Translations under genes and position numbers: made by a program | Shown: positions 1-10,900 of the stretch, one piece after another | Layout of the letters: every line of letters begins with the position of its first letter | Numbering within the stretch: the stretch's first letter is position 1 | The notes under the pieces: model-generated | What the model was told of the DNA's origin: nothing | The model's database searches: none | Seen by the model: the letters and a program-made list of their open reading frames with translations, nothing else | NCBI GenBank assembly: GCA_028694805.1 | Contig: JAQVKD010000001.1 | Coordinates: 25,549 to 89,548, forward strand | DNA: 64,000 nt | Reading direction: 5' to 3' | DNA from: Candidatus Dojkabacteria bacterium | Lineage (GTDB): Bacteria; Patescibacteriota; Dojkabacteria; SC72

Positions 1-5
1 TTGAT

Positions 6-149
6 TCAATTAACTAATGGCATTCCTTTTTCTATAATTTCATTCATCATTTGTGTCATAGATATTGTAGTTTTTCTTTTGGAAATTAATTCTACTTGTT
101 TATCACACAATAATTTATATACTTCTTTAGATACACCAACTGTTGGCAT
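6..149 (-). CDS. small ribbon-helix-helix-like protein (47 aa), not in ORF track
   Basis: Own translation: MPTVGVSKEVYKLLCDKQVELISKRKTTISMTQMMNEIIEKGMPLVN. The beta-strand/helix/helix pattern resembles CopG/Arc RHH proteins. Confidence 0.3.
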   Translation of the reverse strand: MPTVGVSKEVYKLLCDKQVELISKRKTTISMTQMMNEIIEKGMPLVN

Positions 150-267
150 CGTTATTACCTGCTGCAGTCTTTGAAAATTAAAAAGTTTAGTGGTTAATAA
201 ACTTAAAAGTATATAAACTTTTCTCTTTGAATCTAAAAAAGTTTAGAACTAAAAAGATAAGTCATAC

Positions 268-609
268 TTACGCCATATTAAAGAATTGTTGCCTTTTTCT
301 AGCATCTTCCCTGCTCTCCATTCTCTGAGCTTTCATAAGAGGTTGATGTGACTGAGACGAACTTGATTGTATTTTGTGTTTACTAAATTGTATCAATCCT
401 TCTAGCTGTTCTTGGTTTTGTGATAATTGGTTCTGTATAGATTGCATTTTTTCTTCTAACTGAGATATCTTTGGTGTTATATTGTTGGATAATGAAGCTG
501 TTTGACTTTTGTTCTGATACTTATAAAATATATATCCTATAAGCATTAATCCTGCTCCAGCTAGTATGTATTTCATTACCTTATCATAATTTAAACATTC
601 ATCTGGCAT
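268..609 (-). CDS. small membrane protein with N-terminal TM and Q-rich coiled coil
   Basis: TM segment ILAGAGLMLIGYIFY, then heptad-like Q/L repeats. C-terminus RKRQQFFNMA resembles the R-Q-R-x-F/Y-G repeats of the YGMR family. Confidence 0.5.
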   Translation of the reverse strand: MPDECLNYDKVMKYILAGAGLMLIGYIFYKYQNKSQTASLSNNITPKISQLEEKMQSIQNQLSQNQEQLEGLIQFSKHKIQSSSSQSHQPLMKAQRMESREDARKRQQFFNMA

Positions 610-610
610 A

Positions 611-925
611 TTATATCAATCCCTTTTGTTTTGCTATATTTAGAGAATATAAATCTATCCCTTCTACATTTTCTAATGAAAATTGTTGTGATTGTGCAGT
701 AGTTCTTCCTTTGATATATACAAAAAGAATTGCTGCTCCTAATGCTCCTGAGATCGCCCAGAACCACCAATCTTCTTCTTTAAAGAAACCTTTTGGTTCT
801 TCTGGTATTATTCCTAAACGTCTTTCTGTTTCAAGTTTTTTAAGAGCTTCTGACGGAAGAAATCCTTTTTTCTGTAATTCTTCGAATCTTCGTTTCTCTG
901 ATTTTGTAGGATTTTCTAGAACCAT
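611..925 (-). CDS. small TM protein, GIDLxSL C-terminal-motif family (paralog 1 of 3)
   Basis: C-terminus NVEGIDLYSLNIAKQKGLI matches the C-termini of the ORFs at 32640..32846 and 32430..32603. Confidence 0.55.
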   Translation of the reverse strand: MVLENPTKSEKRRFEELQKKGFLPSEALKKLETERRLGIIPEEPKGFFKEEDWWFWAISGALGAAILFVYIKGRTTAQSQQFSLENVEGIDLYSLNIAKQKGLI

Positions 926-928
926 GAT

Positions 929-1648
929 TTACCTCGTTGTTAGCATAACATATTCCTCAAGGTCAGGTCTGTATAATTCTAATTTTGGAATTTTCTTTTC
1001 TGTGAGTTGTTCAGTAGTTAATGATTTTATTGGTTTAAATATATATGATTTATTTGTTTCAACATTATGGTATAGAAAATGATATTTTGGCAGATAATAT
1101 ATTTCATCTGCTGCTGTTCCTACTTGTTGACGAATTTTTATTATGTCAGTCTCTAAGCTGAGTGAAAATATAAGTAAGTGCTCTGATTCAGATATTAGAG
1201 TATTATGAATATCTCTTGGTCTCTGACTTACGTTTATAATTCCAACATTATATGAACGTCCTTGTGTTGCTATTACTTTATGCCAATACTGTATCTTAGA
1301 AGGTGTTGTTATTAAAGCTGCTTCGTCGACATATAATGAGTTATCTTTCGAGTCAAAAATTATTTCACAGATACTATTAAAATCTCTGTCAGTAAGGTCA
1401 TCAGGCTGGTAAAGGATTTTATTGTATTTGGTTATGTTCTTTTTTAGTTCTCTTGGAGTATTTATTACTATATCATGTTCTACATCTGTATTTTCATGTT
1501 TAATATCCCAAAACACATATTTATCATAGTGCGGCAACAACCAATTTTTTGCTAAATGTGTCTTTCCTGAACCAGTTCTTCCAAATATTGCTACACGGTC
1601 ATTTGTTCTTATTCTTAAGTTATCTATTATAGTGAAATCAGTTACCAT
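929..1648 (-). CDS. P-loop ATPase, candidate genome-packaging ATPase (FtsK/HerA or A32-like)
   Basis: Walker A IFGRTGSGKTHLA near the N-terminus, Walker B LYVDEAALI about 85 aa downstream, and a QRPRD motif. The 239-aa size is typical of PRD1/A32-type packaging ATPases. Confidence 0.55.
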   Translation of the reverse strand: MVTDFTIIDNLRIRTNDRVAIFGRTGSGKTHLAKNWLLPHYDKYVFWDIKHENTDVEHDIVINTPRELKKNITKYNKILYQPDDLTDRDFNSICEIIFDSKDNSLYVDEAALITTPSKIQYWHKVIATQGRSYNVGIINVSQRPRDIHNTLISESEHLLIFSLSLETDIIKIRQQVGTAADEIYYLPKYHFLYHNVETNKSYIFKPIKSLTTEQLTEKKIPKLELYRPDLEEYVMLTTR

Positions 1649-1672
1649 TATATCAGCTCTATTGTTTGTGTG

Positions 1673-2923
1673 TTATTGTACTGATAAACTAATAGAAAGT
1701 GTTGGACATCCTGCTGTAACATACTCAAGTGCTCCTATGTCATATGCAGAACCTTGTGGTCGTGTTTTATTATCATAATCAAATCCTGGAACAAATTGAG
1801 TTGATGATCCTGCATTTATTGCAGGAGAGTTAGATTGTAAATGAAAATCTGCAGTTGATGGATTGACAAAGTTTGGATTTGTTCCTATAAGATTGTGATC
1901 CTGGGTTGTATTTCCATTTGGCATTAAGTTCCCTCCACTTCCACTATTATTATAACTAATATTGTTTCTTACTATTATGCCTGTGGCACTTCCATATTCA
2001 ATACGAATGCCACCACCCCAATCAGTGTCCAAACCGCAGTTATATACAGTATTATTAACAACTACAATATCACTTATTGTACCAACTGAATATGATGTTG
2101 ATGCTACAATTCCAGCTGCTCCTGTTTTGTTCAATATATTATTATAAATCTTACAGTGCTGTAAACTTCCTGAAACTTCTACAGCATAAGCAATGCCTCT
2201 GACGCCATATCCTCCTCCAGTAACATAATTATTATAAGTATCAATATATGACATTGATTGACCTTGAGAGTCAATGTATATTCCTGCTGACATGTTTGCA
2301 ACAACAGTATTATGATGTATTGTTCCGTTTCCTCCGCCCTGTTTTACATCAATACTCTCGAAATTATCTGTGTCGTGTATATAGTTATTTTTTATTTCAA
2401 AATTAGATACGTTAATCATATTGACGTTCTCATTTTGCTGGTCATTTCCAGAACCAAATCCTGCTATTTGAGTATTGTAAACATTGTTTCCGTCATATGT
2501 TATATAACTTGAATTTTGAGCATATAATCCACTTCGCTGTATTGCATGAACGGTGCAACCTTTTATAATTACATTATTACATGTATGAACCCATATTCCA
2601 CACCAATATGAATTAACAACATTGAATCCTATAAATTGTATATAACCACAATTAGTTATATATACTCCACCTTCCCACTTAGGAACTTTACTGTTGACAT
2701 CTATAGTAACACTTTCTCCGGTATATGGTTGAAAAGTAATGTATCCAGTAGACGATCCTGATCTTGATATTCTAACTTGTTCATAGTAAGTTCCTCCTCT
2801 AACATAAACTATGTCTCCTGCAGATACTATGTTCGCAGCTCTTTGGATATTTCTCCAAGGTGATGAGGTTGATGTTCCAGAGTTACTGTCGTTTCCTGAT
2901 GTTGATACATAATATGTTGTCAT
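1673..2923 (-). CDS. right-handed parallel beta-helix protein (pectate-lyase fold)
   Basis: N-terminus SGNDSNSGTSTSSPWRNIQRAANIVSAGDIVYVRGGTY is the classic pectin-lyase-fold start. Followed by repeated N-x-[IV]-x-x-N turns. Confidence 0.65.
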   Translation of the reverse strand: MTTYYVSTSGNDSNSGTSTSSPWRNIQRAANIVSAGDIVYVRGGTYYEQVRISRSGSSTGYITFQPYTGESVTIDVNSKVPKWEGGVYITNCGYIQFIGFNVVNSYWCGIWVHTCNNVIIKGCTVHAIQRSGLYAQNSSYITYDGNNVYNTQIAGFGSGNDQQNENVNMINVSNFEIKNNYIHDTDNFESIDVKQGGGNGTIHHNTVVANMSAGIYIDSQGQSMSYIDTYNNYVTGGGYGVRGIAYAVEVSGSLQHCKIYNNILNKTGAAGIVASTSYSVGTISDIVVVNNTVYNCGLDTDWGGGIRIEYGSATGIIVRNNISYNNSGSGGNLMPNGNTTQDHNLIGTNPNFVNPSTADFHLQSNSPAINAGSSTQFVPGFDYDNKTRPQGSAYDIGALEYVTAGCPTLSISLSVQ

Positions 2924-2926
2924 ACT

Positions 2927-3733
2927 TTATTTCCCGAATCTTTCGATTCCAATTTTATACCTTTCACAATTCTTTGATTTTGGAAAAAATCTGCATTTTA
3001 TTCTATCACTACCTAGATGTATTCCAGGTGCATTATGTTTATATATAACTTTTCCATATTTTGATAAACGTTTCCCAAATCCCAGTTCTTCTTCTTGTAC
3101 CATCTGTTTCACATCGGTTTGATTAATAGATGTGTTAAACTGACCAGATAAATAGAAAAGATGTTTATAATATGAACAGTTTCCTCCCATCATTCTTTGT
3201 GGATAAACTATAGTTCTTCCCAATGTAGCACCTAGTATGTATAGTGGTTTTGGAACTCCTGGATAATTGTTATCTATGATACTTCCTGATACTGCAACTG
3301 TATCAGGATTATTAAATGGTTTTAATAAAGTATTTAGCCAGTGATATGGAAACTCTATATCTGCATCTACTGCAACTATTATATTTCCTTTTGAGTAAAG
3401 TGTTCCAATATTTCGTGCTGTCAATTTTCCTTTTGGTGATACTATAATTTTATCTACATAAGAGGTTGCTAATTTTATTGTATTGTCTCGTGATCCATTG
3501 TCAACTAATATATATTCAAAGTACTGTGGATATTGTAAGGCAATTGACTGATTTCTTAAGCTCTTTAAACATCTCTCTATATAAAGTTCTTCGTTCAATG
3601 CAGGAATTATTATACTTACTGTATCAGGTGGACTGGATACAATAGAATCTGTACTTAGCATTTTATATTCCATAACTTTGGACGAAAATAATGCTGATGT
3701 TATAATTCCTGATGTATATTGAATTGCTGACAT
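2927..3733 (-). CDS. family 2 glycosyltransferase (GT-A)
   Basis: SIIIPALNEE...YEYILVDNGSRDNT followed by a VDADIEF DxD motif. Confidence 0.7.
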   Translation of the reverse strand: MSAIQYTSGIITSALFSSKVMEYKMLSTDSIVSSPPDTVSIIIPALNEELYIERCLKSLRNQSIALQYPQYFEYILVDNGSRDNTIKLATSYVDKIIVSPKGKLTARNIGTLYSKGNIIVAVDADIEFPYHWLNTLLKPFNNPDTVAVSGSIIDNNYPGVPKPLYILGATLGRTIVYPQRMMGGNCSYYKHLFYLSGQFNTSINQTDVKQMVQEEELGFGKRLSKYGKVIYKHNAPGIHLGSDRIKCRFFPKSKNCERYKIGIERFGK

Positions 3734-3987
3734 ATGTTTGTGTAACGGAAAGTTATATTATTCTAATCTTCCAGAATAAATGTAATATCCTATTCCTATT
3801 CTTAGAAGTCTTCCTAACTGAGATGTAGAAGATTTGCATCCACTGAATATTATTGATGCAGCTCCTTCTATCATTAGAAATCCTCCTACATATTCTTCTG
3901 TTGTTGTATCCACTTATAAACCTCCATCATTTTAGTGATAATTTTGTATAATCTTTATTTCTAATTATATGATTTAATTAACATTAA

Positions 3988-4119
3988 TTATTCATCTTCA
4001 GTTTTAATAAAGCATAGTCCTTCGTTTGCTGCTTCACCTTTGTCTTTATGATTTTTCATTATGTATAGAGATTCGTACCACACATCAAAATATTGTCTTA
4101 AGTATTTATCTTCATTCAT
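3988..4119 (-). CDS. hypothetical small protein (43 aa), not in ORF track
   Basis: ATG preceded by GGAGGT at -8. Translation: MNEDKYLRQYFDVWYESLYIMKNHKDKGEAANEGLCFIKTEDE. Confidence 0.3.
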   Translation of the reverse strand: MNEDKYLRQYFDVWYESLYIMKNHKDKGEAANEGLCFIKTEDE

Positions 4120-4153
4120 ACACTAACCTCCAGATTGACTTATTATTTAGTTC

Positions 4154-4336
4154 TTAACCATTTGTAATGGTGTCGCTCATTTTTATTTCGACTCGAAAAT
4201 TTGTGTCGTACCATTCTTCAAAGTTGTATTTCTTGTTTTTTAATCTTTGTTGTTGATTATTTATATTAATGTAATTATGACATTGAATCCACATTTTACA
4301 AGGACACTTTCGTTCTTTACACCCATTAATTGACAC
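4154..4336 (-). CDS. small Cys-rich (zinc-finger-like) protein
   Basis: CKERKCPCKMWIQCH cluster with 4 Cys plus His in a 60-aa protein. Confidence 0.4.
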   Translation of the reverse strand: MSINGCKERKCPCKMWIQCHNYININNQQQRLKNKKYNFEEWYDTNFRVEIKMSDTITNG

Positions 4337-4360
4337 TTCACCTCTTTTTATAGTTAATTA

Positions 4361-4672
4361 TTAATCGTTATTTTTTCCTATACAGTCTAATTTATCTATA
4401 TCTACAGTTTTTAAAAATTTCTTTAGATATTTTCCTTGTGACGGGTCTTGCTTTATTAAAGCACATGTCAGTTCTGCTACATGTTCTTTTTCTTCATTCA
4501 TTACATGTGTAATTATTTTCTTAGATTCTTCATTATCAATGTTTTCAATTTGAGATTGATATAAATTAATTGCATCTAACTCTGCTATTATACCTGATCT
4601 CAGTAATTCTTGATTTGTAAATTTTTGATTGAGTTTATCAGATTTTTCCTTTGTTAAATTTACACATGTCAT
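4361..4672 (-). CDS. ferritin-like/rubrerythrin-like small protein
   Basis: DAINLYQ...EEKEHVAEL carries the E-x2-H di-iron-type motif of ferritin-like four-helix bundles. Confidence 0.4.
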   Translation of the reverse strand: MTCVNLTKEKSDKLNQKFTNQELLRSGIIAELDAINLYQSQIENIDNEESKKIITHVMNEEKEHVAELTCALIKQDPSQGKYLKKFLKTVDIDKLDCIGKNND

Positions 4673-4683
4673 TGATATTCCTT

Positions 4684-4896
4684 CTATTCTTTTCCTTGTA
4701 CGTGATTAAAAATTCTTGCAAATGTATAACCTATGAATGATCCCATTATAGTTCCAAATAATGTTTCACTTAGTTTTCCGGACATTAATGCTGTAGTAAG
4801 TGCTATTATAAATACAGAAATTATCATTCCTTCGTATTTTCCAATATCTTCCATAACACCGTGTTTTTTTGTGTTTGATTCTTCCATATTTACCAT
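4684..4896 (-). CDS. small membrane protein
   Basis: Two hydrophobic helices in 70 aa. Confidence 0.4.
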   Translation of the reverse strand: MVNMEESNTKKHGVMEDIGKYEGMIISVFIIALTTALMSGKLSETLFGTIMGSFIGYTFARIFNHVQGKE

Positions 4897-4929
4897 TTCG
4901 CCCCAATATCATGTAATACATAGATATTT

Positions 4930-5364
4930 TTAGTTCTCTTTTATCTCAGATATTTCATTTTTAAGTATAATTTCTACATCATCTGTTCTAAAAATTCCAT
5001 CAAAAGATGAGTCAAAAAAACTATCAGTTTTTCTATGTGCTTCTACAATAGAATTTATTTCTTCTTCTGAATTTCCATAGAAAGTATGTCTTACTACTGG
5101 ATGCCAATCGTTGTCATAATATTCACAAGTTGTTATTTTTAATTTTAAAGGTGGTTTTGTTACAATATTATTCATTCCTCCTGTTTTATTATATTGATTT
5201 TGTTGTCTGTAGTATAAACTCAATGTTTGTTGACGTTTTTTAATTATGTCATTATAAACATATAATCCAGCTATTGTTCCTATTATTATAACTGCAAGTG
5301 AACCTAATAAGAACTTAAAATCTCTTGTTGAAAGATTTTCTGATTGAGATTGAGATAATGGCAT
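4930..5364 (-). CDS. hypothetical membrane-anchored protein
   Basis: N-terminal TM FLLGSLAVIIIGTIAGLYVY. Confidence 0.45.
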   Translation of the reverse strand: MPLSQSQSENLSTRDFKFLLGSLAVIIIGTIAGLYVYNDIIKKRQQTLSLYYRQQNQYNKTGGMNNIVTKPPLKLKITTCEYYDNDWHPVVRHTFYGNSEEEINSIVEAHRKTDSFFDSSFDGIFRTDDVEIILKNEISEIKEN

Positions 5365-5381
5365 GATTGTTATTTTATTTC

Positions 5382-5672
5382 CTAACCATTTTTAATTACT
5401 TGATGTATATAACTTAGTTGTTTGTCAGATAAAGGATTCCATCTATTTAGTAGACTATCTGTATATTCACTTGATAAAACTCCAGATTTTTCTCTGTATT
5501 CTGTAACTGCTGCAGCAGCAGTTTTTGGTATTAAATATTTTTGAACTATGTACAAGGTTGTTATACTGGAGAACATACTCATAAGACTTCCAAGAATGAT
5601 ATTTCTTGTATCTCTGGCAAGAAGTTCTCTCTCTTTCTTTTCTTCTGCTTCTGTCATTCCTTTCTCAGCCAT
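5382..5672 (-). CDS. small TM protein, WxPLSxxEL-motif family
   Basis: C-terminus LLNRWNPLSDKQLSYIHQVIKNG. Confidence 0.5.
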   Translation of the reverse strand: MAEKGMTEAEEKKERELLARDTRNIILGSLMSMFSSITTLYIVQKYLIPKTAAAAVTEYREKSGVLSSEYTDSLLNRWNPLSDKQLSYIHQVIKNG

Positions 5673-5692
5673 AGTTACTCCTTGGGAATTTA

Positions 5693-6109
5693 TTATCTCA
5701 TTCCAAATAAATCTCTTGTTGTTCTCCTTATGTCAAGTAATGATGGAATTGCTGGTTGTGTATGTGATAGAGTTTTTAGTGATACTGTTTGTCTATCCTG
5801 CTGATTCTGATGAGAAGTCTGAATATTTTGATTTATTTGTGTTGATTTTACAAGACTATCAACTTTATTCTCAAGTTGTGATAGTTTTTGTTGTATTGTC
5901 TGAAGCTCTGTAGACGATTGCGATTGAAGTTGTTGATGATATAAATATTGTGGTGGGATTTCATCAACCATAAATCCATAACGTCTTCGTGCATCATATT
6001 GTGGTTCTATTGTGCTTTTGAAAATTAAGTAACCAAAGAAAATTATAGCTCCTAATCCAAATCCACATATAATTAGTTTTGTTATTTCATCTCTAGTGTC
6101 ATCTGCCAT
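5693..6109 (-). CDS. TM plus coiled-coil protein ending in GMR (YGMR-family-related)
   Basis: C-terminus RDLFGMR. Q-rich coiled coil and N-terminal TM. Confidence 0.5.
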   Translation of the reverse strand: MADDTRDEITKLIICGFGLGAIIFFGYLIFKSTIEPQYDARRRYGFMVDEIPPQYLYHQQLQSQSSTELQTIQQKLSQLENKVDSLVKSTQINQNIQTSHQNQQDRQTVSLKTLSHTQPAIPSLLDIRRTTRDLFGMR

Positions 6110-6149
6110 GATTATTGTTTAAACCTCCTCATGTTTTTAGTTATTATAA

Positions 6150-6320
6150 TTACTGTATCATTGCTTTTATGTTCTGTAATTCATCATTTGAAAGTGGTTT
6201 CCATTTACTCAGTAAAGTGTTGGTCTCTAGATATTCCTTAGATTCTTCATCACTTGCTCTTAAAGTTTCAAATAGTGTATGAAAGAGCATATACTCAATT
6301 GATAACATCAGTAATGACAT
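6150..6320 (-). CDS. small protein with KWKPLSNDELQNIK tail (56 aa), not in ORF track
   Basis: Own translation ends ...LLSKWKPLSNDELQNIKAMIQ. No clear SD, so the start is uncertain. Confidence 0.35.
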   Translation of the reverse strand: MSLLMLSIEYMLFHTLFETLRASDEESKEYLETNTLLSKWKPLSNDELQNIKAMIQ

Positions 6321-6342
6321 AATAGATCATTTAATGAATAAT

Positions 6343-6789
6343 TTATTTTTCACTCACAAATTCAAATGACTTATAAGTTGTGATATTTCTTATTTTGTTT
6401 ATTTCTTGTTCTGATAGTGGTTTCCATGTTGATATATCAATATTATATGTCGAATCCATTTTGTTTATTGAATCTAATTTCTCTGGTTTCTTTCCATTAC
6501 CCCCCATCATATACGGAGCAACATTTGGATTACATCTGAGCTTAAGATAGTATGCTGCATATAATGCTACTCCTGTTGCTACTGCTGCTATTGCTGCAGA
6601 TTTTCCCTTTTCATGATATACAAGATAGACTCCTGCACCAGTTGCTATAGCAGTTGCCAATCCAAGATCCATTGCAAGCTTAGCATTTTTATATTTAGGT
6701 TCATCATCTACGAATGTACTTGCTGTGAATAAAGATGAATTCCATGCACTCCATGCTCCAAATACTGCTGATGATGTTAGAACTGCCAA
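6343..6789 (-). CDS. TM protein, WKPLSxxEIN-motif family
   Basis: C-terminus ISTWKPLSEQEINKIRNITTYKSFEFVSEK. Ala/Gly-rich TM helices. Confidence 0.5.
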   Translation of the reverse strand: MAVLTSSAVFGAWSAWNSSLFTASTFVDDEPKYKNAKLAMDLGLATAIATGAGVYLVYHEKGKSAAIAAVATGVALYAAYYLKLRCNPNVAPYMMGGNGKKPEKLDSINKMDSTYNIDISTWKPLSEQEINKIRNITTYKSFEFVSEK

Positions 6790-6872
6790 ACCTAAATCTT
6801 GCTTTGTTTCTACAATAGTAATTCCTCCTTATTATTTTTTATTGATTTTTATCTATTATGATGATACATATA

Positions 6873-7253
6873 TTAGTTATTTTTAGATATAAATATTGAT
6901 GCTAACTTTTCAAGATACCACCTTGCAGTAAGCCCAGATACTATTGAAAGAACTGCTGCTCCTTCTAATCCCAGTCCTGTTTGATTTATTGCTGTCCATA
7001 CAACTGCTATTCCTGCAAGAAGTCCTGCTATTAGAGGCTGTCTCACATGTTCAAATTCATATACATTTTGTAACTCTTCATCTGTTACATCTGGGTTCTT
7101 TTCTTTCTCTTTCTTTCTTAGTGATTCATCTGCCATCTGATCTGCCCACCATGATGCTATTGTAGATAATATCGGTGATAAAATATACGATAAATAAAGA
7201 TATGTATCTGGTCCAATTAACAATTCTAATGTTATTCTTCCTGGTTCTATCAT
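6873..7253 (-). CDS. small polytopic membrane protein
   Basis: Three predicted TM helices. Confidence 0.45.
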   Translation of the reverse strand: MIEPGRITLELLIGPDTYLYLSYILSPILSTIASWWADQMADESLRKKEKEKNPDVTDEELQNVYEFEHVRQPLIAGLLAGIAVVWTAINQTGLGLEGAAVLSIVSGLTARWYLEKLASIFISKNN

Positions 7254-7292
7254 GTTATACTACCTCCTTTATATTGTTTATATCTCATACAC

Positions 7293-7985
7293 TTATTTAG
7301 CTTTAGATATTATTTGTTTTATTTTATTAATCTCATTAATCGAAAGCGGAGTCCATTCTAAATAAGTGTTTTTATTATTTGACGATTCACCTTTAATGTT
7401 ACTCAAGTTCCTTGAATTTAAATAGAATTTTCTTATTATATTTTGTCTTTCTAATTCTTCTTGTCTCTTTAGTTCCAGTTCTTCTTGTCTCTTTAGTTCC
7501 AGTTCTTCTTGTCTCTTTAGTTCCAGTTCTTCTTGTCTCTTTAGTTCCAGTTCTTCCTGTCTTTTTATTTCCATTTCCAGATATCTTTGTCTTCTTTTAA
7601 ATCTTCTCTTTCTATAGTATTCCATTTCTGAATAATCATCATACATTGATGAATTGTATACTGATAAAGGAGCTGAACTAGAACCTCCTGTTAGAATACT
7701 TGGTAGATTTATGTCTAATTGTCGTCCTTGCGGATAGTTTGTTAAGTCTATTGTTGTAGTTCCTGTTCCTCCGTTAGCTGTTATTTGTATAGAATCACCA
7801 TCTGTATATCCACTTGGAAAATTTGCACAATCTAGTGTATATGTTGAATCTGATTCTGATGTAACTGTTATCTGTTCAGATGTTGATAGATTTGTTGCTG
7901 TTACTGTAACTCCTGCTGAGCTTGCAATATTTATAGTTCCGTATATTGGATATGGAACATATGGAAACGGCACGTTATTATCCAC
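7293..7985 (-). CDS. protein with ELELKRQE x5 tandem coiled-coil repeat and WTPLSINEINKI tail
   Basis: Perfect 24-nt tandem repeat in the DNA. C-terminus LEWTPLSINEINKIKQIISKAK. Confidence 0.55.
   Translation of the reverse strand: MDNNVPFPYVPYPIYGTINIASSAGVTVTATNLSTSEQITVTSESDSTYTLDCANFPSGYTDGDSIQITANGGTGTTTIDLTNYPQGRQLDINLPSILTGGSSSAPLSVYNSSMYDDYSEMEYYRKRRFKRRQRYLEMEIKRQEELELKRQEELELKRQEELELKRQEELELKRQEELERQNIIRKFYLNSRNLSNIKGESSNNKNTYLEWTPLSINEINKIKQIISKAK
7455..7574 (-). repeat. 24-bp tandem repeat x5 (4 perfect plus 1 degenerate), in-frame coding repeat
   Basis: Unit ttcttcttgtctctttagttccag. Confidence 0.9.
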
Positions 7986-10900
7986 TCCATTGCGTTGGAT
8001 TGGTTACATATACAAAGAATGATTCGCCGACAGGAATAATTTCTGAACCTGTTGATACAAATGTTCTTGTTGTTTTATTGTAATGACTTGCTTGAGTTGC
8101 ACTTGCTCCTATATTTGATAATTCTTGAGATAATGTCATTGACTGATTTAAATTTCCTACTAGATTCCAGCCAGTGTTTAAAGTAATCGTTGGATTTGTT
8201 TCTATTACAAAATTAACTATAGTTGGGGCACTGAAATAATAATAATATCCTTGTTTTTGAGTCACGTTTACATTTTGATTCGGAGTAAATCCTGTTACAT
8301 GTGTTTCATATTTTTGCGTTGTACTGTTATATGTTCCTTGATTCAAATCTGTACTGAACATATTATCCAGTTGGAGAAGAGTTTTACTTGTATAATTCAT
8401 AGCTAAGAAACACCACCCTTTTGGACATGAAACTGTTGCTTCTAGATTTTGCTGGGTAATAACAGTATATCTAGAAGAATCAAATCCAGTGCTATTATAC
8501 GATATATATCCTGTAGTATTTGATAATGTATTAAAATCTTGAAATAATGTTCCATTATCCCAATAAACTTTCACACTATAATTTGAATTTATTTGCCTAT
8601 CACCTATTGTATATTGAACAGTGTTTGATGTATTTGTTGATGATTCATTAAATTGGACTTTATAATCACCTGTAGTATTCCATACTGTAATATTTACTGT
8701 AATATTATCTGATGATGGTGTAACAGTCATATTTATTGTATGATATCCGTTTGGTTCTAATGTATCATTATAAAGTTGAAGATATGTTGTTCCGTTAGAA
8801 AACACAGTTTGATTTTTGTTTAAACTAAATGTCGTTCCATTCCCATAAAAATAAAAGTCATAAGGAATATCTGTCATGTTTATTACACTACCATTTTTGT
8901 AAACCTTATAACTCCAAGGACGTATAGAAAAGTTGTTTCTCTCTAATATATAATCATAAAAATGAATCCACGCAGTACCATTAGCAGAATTTCCGTCCTG
9001 ATAAAAAGCATATGGTTCTTGATTTATGTTAGATATTATTCTATGAGGTGGGGTATAATACGAATAAGTTTTATTAACTGGTGTAACAACAGAAGTCACA
9101 TTAGTAAAGTTATTAGAAAAATAATATCTATTAATTCCTGTTAATCTTGGAAAATTATATGAAATTAGCCAATAATTAGTTAAATCTTGAGAAAAATTAT
9201 TCTCATTGTCTGTCCTTACTAAAACACTAACGTTCGGACCAAACAAATTGCTACTTATCGAAACATTATGTGACTCAAGAGATGAAATGATTGAGTAATT
9301 ATCATACTCTCCAACATAACCGTATCCTTTGGCTAATTTAGTAATTGATATACCTGATGGAGGAGATGTCCAATCATTGGTTATAGTAGAACTGTTTTTT
9401 ATTGTAACATTCATCAAATCAATGTAGTTTTCTGCTATTGTAATATTAGTTGCGTTAGTTATACGAAACCCAGATGTTCCTATATCTGTTAAATTGTTAT
9501 TCGAAATTGTTATATTATCTGAATTTAATATTGCTATCCCATAATCATACCCATCAGTATTATACGTAGTGTTAGAAATATTATTTTTAGTGATTGTGAT
9601 ATTTTTACTATACGTAGACATAATACCTACGTCAGTACCACTTATATTATTTTCAGTGATCAATATATTGTTGCCAGCAGTATTAAACGATACACCATAA
9701 AATTGGGAATTTAATATAGTGTTATTCCTTACAGTAATATTACTACTTGGGTTATCAGTTTCAACCTCTATTCCAAAGCAGTTTCCATAAAAGGTGTTAT
9801 TTTCAATAAGAGCACTTTTTGGTGAAGCATAACCTAAAATGAATATACCAGCATAATCAGAATAATTAATTATACTATTTTTTATGTTAAGATAAGGTAT
9901 AGTATACCGAATACCTGGTCTACTAGTACACGCATCTGCATAAGTACCAAAACTAGTGTATGGCATACCAGTAGAACTATTCCAAGAAGTTAATGTTGAA
10001 TTTGTGATATTAATAAATCCATATGTTATAAGACCGCTACCAAAAAGTATGTTATCATCATATTTAAGCGTTGTATTTGATATTTCAAGATGAGTATTAT
10101 TATAAATAGTAGGACTATTCTTTAATAAAATGCTATTATTATTTAATGTTAGTGTACCATTATATAAAACGAAATAATCATTAAGAGTAAAGTTTAAATC
10201 AGAACATGTTTTATCTGCTGTAACATTCCATACATCATAAACTGAACCACTTGGACAATAACTTGAACTTGTATTAACTGTAAAGTTTACCATACTTGAG
10301 TTAGTCATATCAGTTAGAGATTTTCCCCATACAGTAACATTATGAGCACCCTGTGATAAACCTGTTAATAAAGAACTATTACTTACACAATTACTACATA
10401 AAGTCGCATTTGGTGCACCGTCAAGAGAGTAGTTCATACCATTAGAACTTTGCTTATTAGTAATAGATACGTTCAAATATACAGAAGTGTTAAGATAGGT
10501 TCCGTTTTGTGGTGAAGAAATACTTATAATTGGTGGAAGAATAACAACCGTAAATGTATATTCTCCAGTTGAATTAACAAATCCAGTTTGATTTTGTACA
10601 TAAGCAGTTGCAGTATAATTAGTATCATCTGATAATCCTGTAAAATTGTTGGATATTGAATAATTTCCTGCATCAAAAGAAGCATTTATTTCAGTACTAT
10701 TTAGTTCTCTATTATACAGTCTAACTTCATCCATTTTACCTGAAAACCTATAAAACGTAGATAACCAAGCCCCGATATATTTTACACGATTAGTAGATGG
10801 AAACACCATATTATCTGTTGTTTGAGATGAAAATTCATCTCCATTTCTATACACAGTTACAGATTTATTTGTATAATTAGCCACAACAACCGTATGTATC

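Noticed and set aside
711-1082. Plus-strand ORFs throughout the track (e.g. 711..1082, 12029..12298, 12506..12892, 53279..53749, 60320..60632)
   Set aside because: All lie antisense inside longer, domain-bearing minus-strand genes. They lack SD motifs, and several are repeat shadows of the propeller and TPTP repeats.
3770-3920. Small SD-preceded ORF (38-51 aa, MIEGAASIIFSGCK...) between GT2 and 3988..4119
   Set aside because: Two competing starts, and the product is low-complexity. The evidence is too weak to list as a feature.
7455-7574. Possible CRISPR array (regular short repeats at 7455, 59277, 60336)
   Set aside because: The repeats are strictly tandem with no spacers, in-frame inside ORFs, and encode peptide repeats. 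They are not CRISPR.
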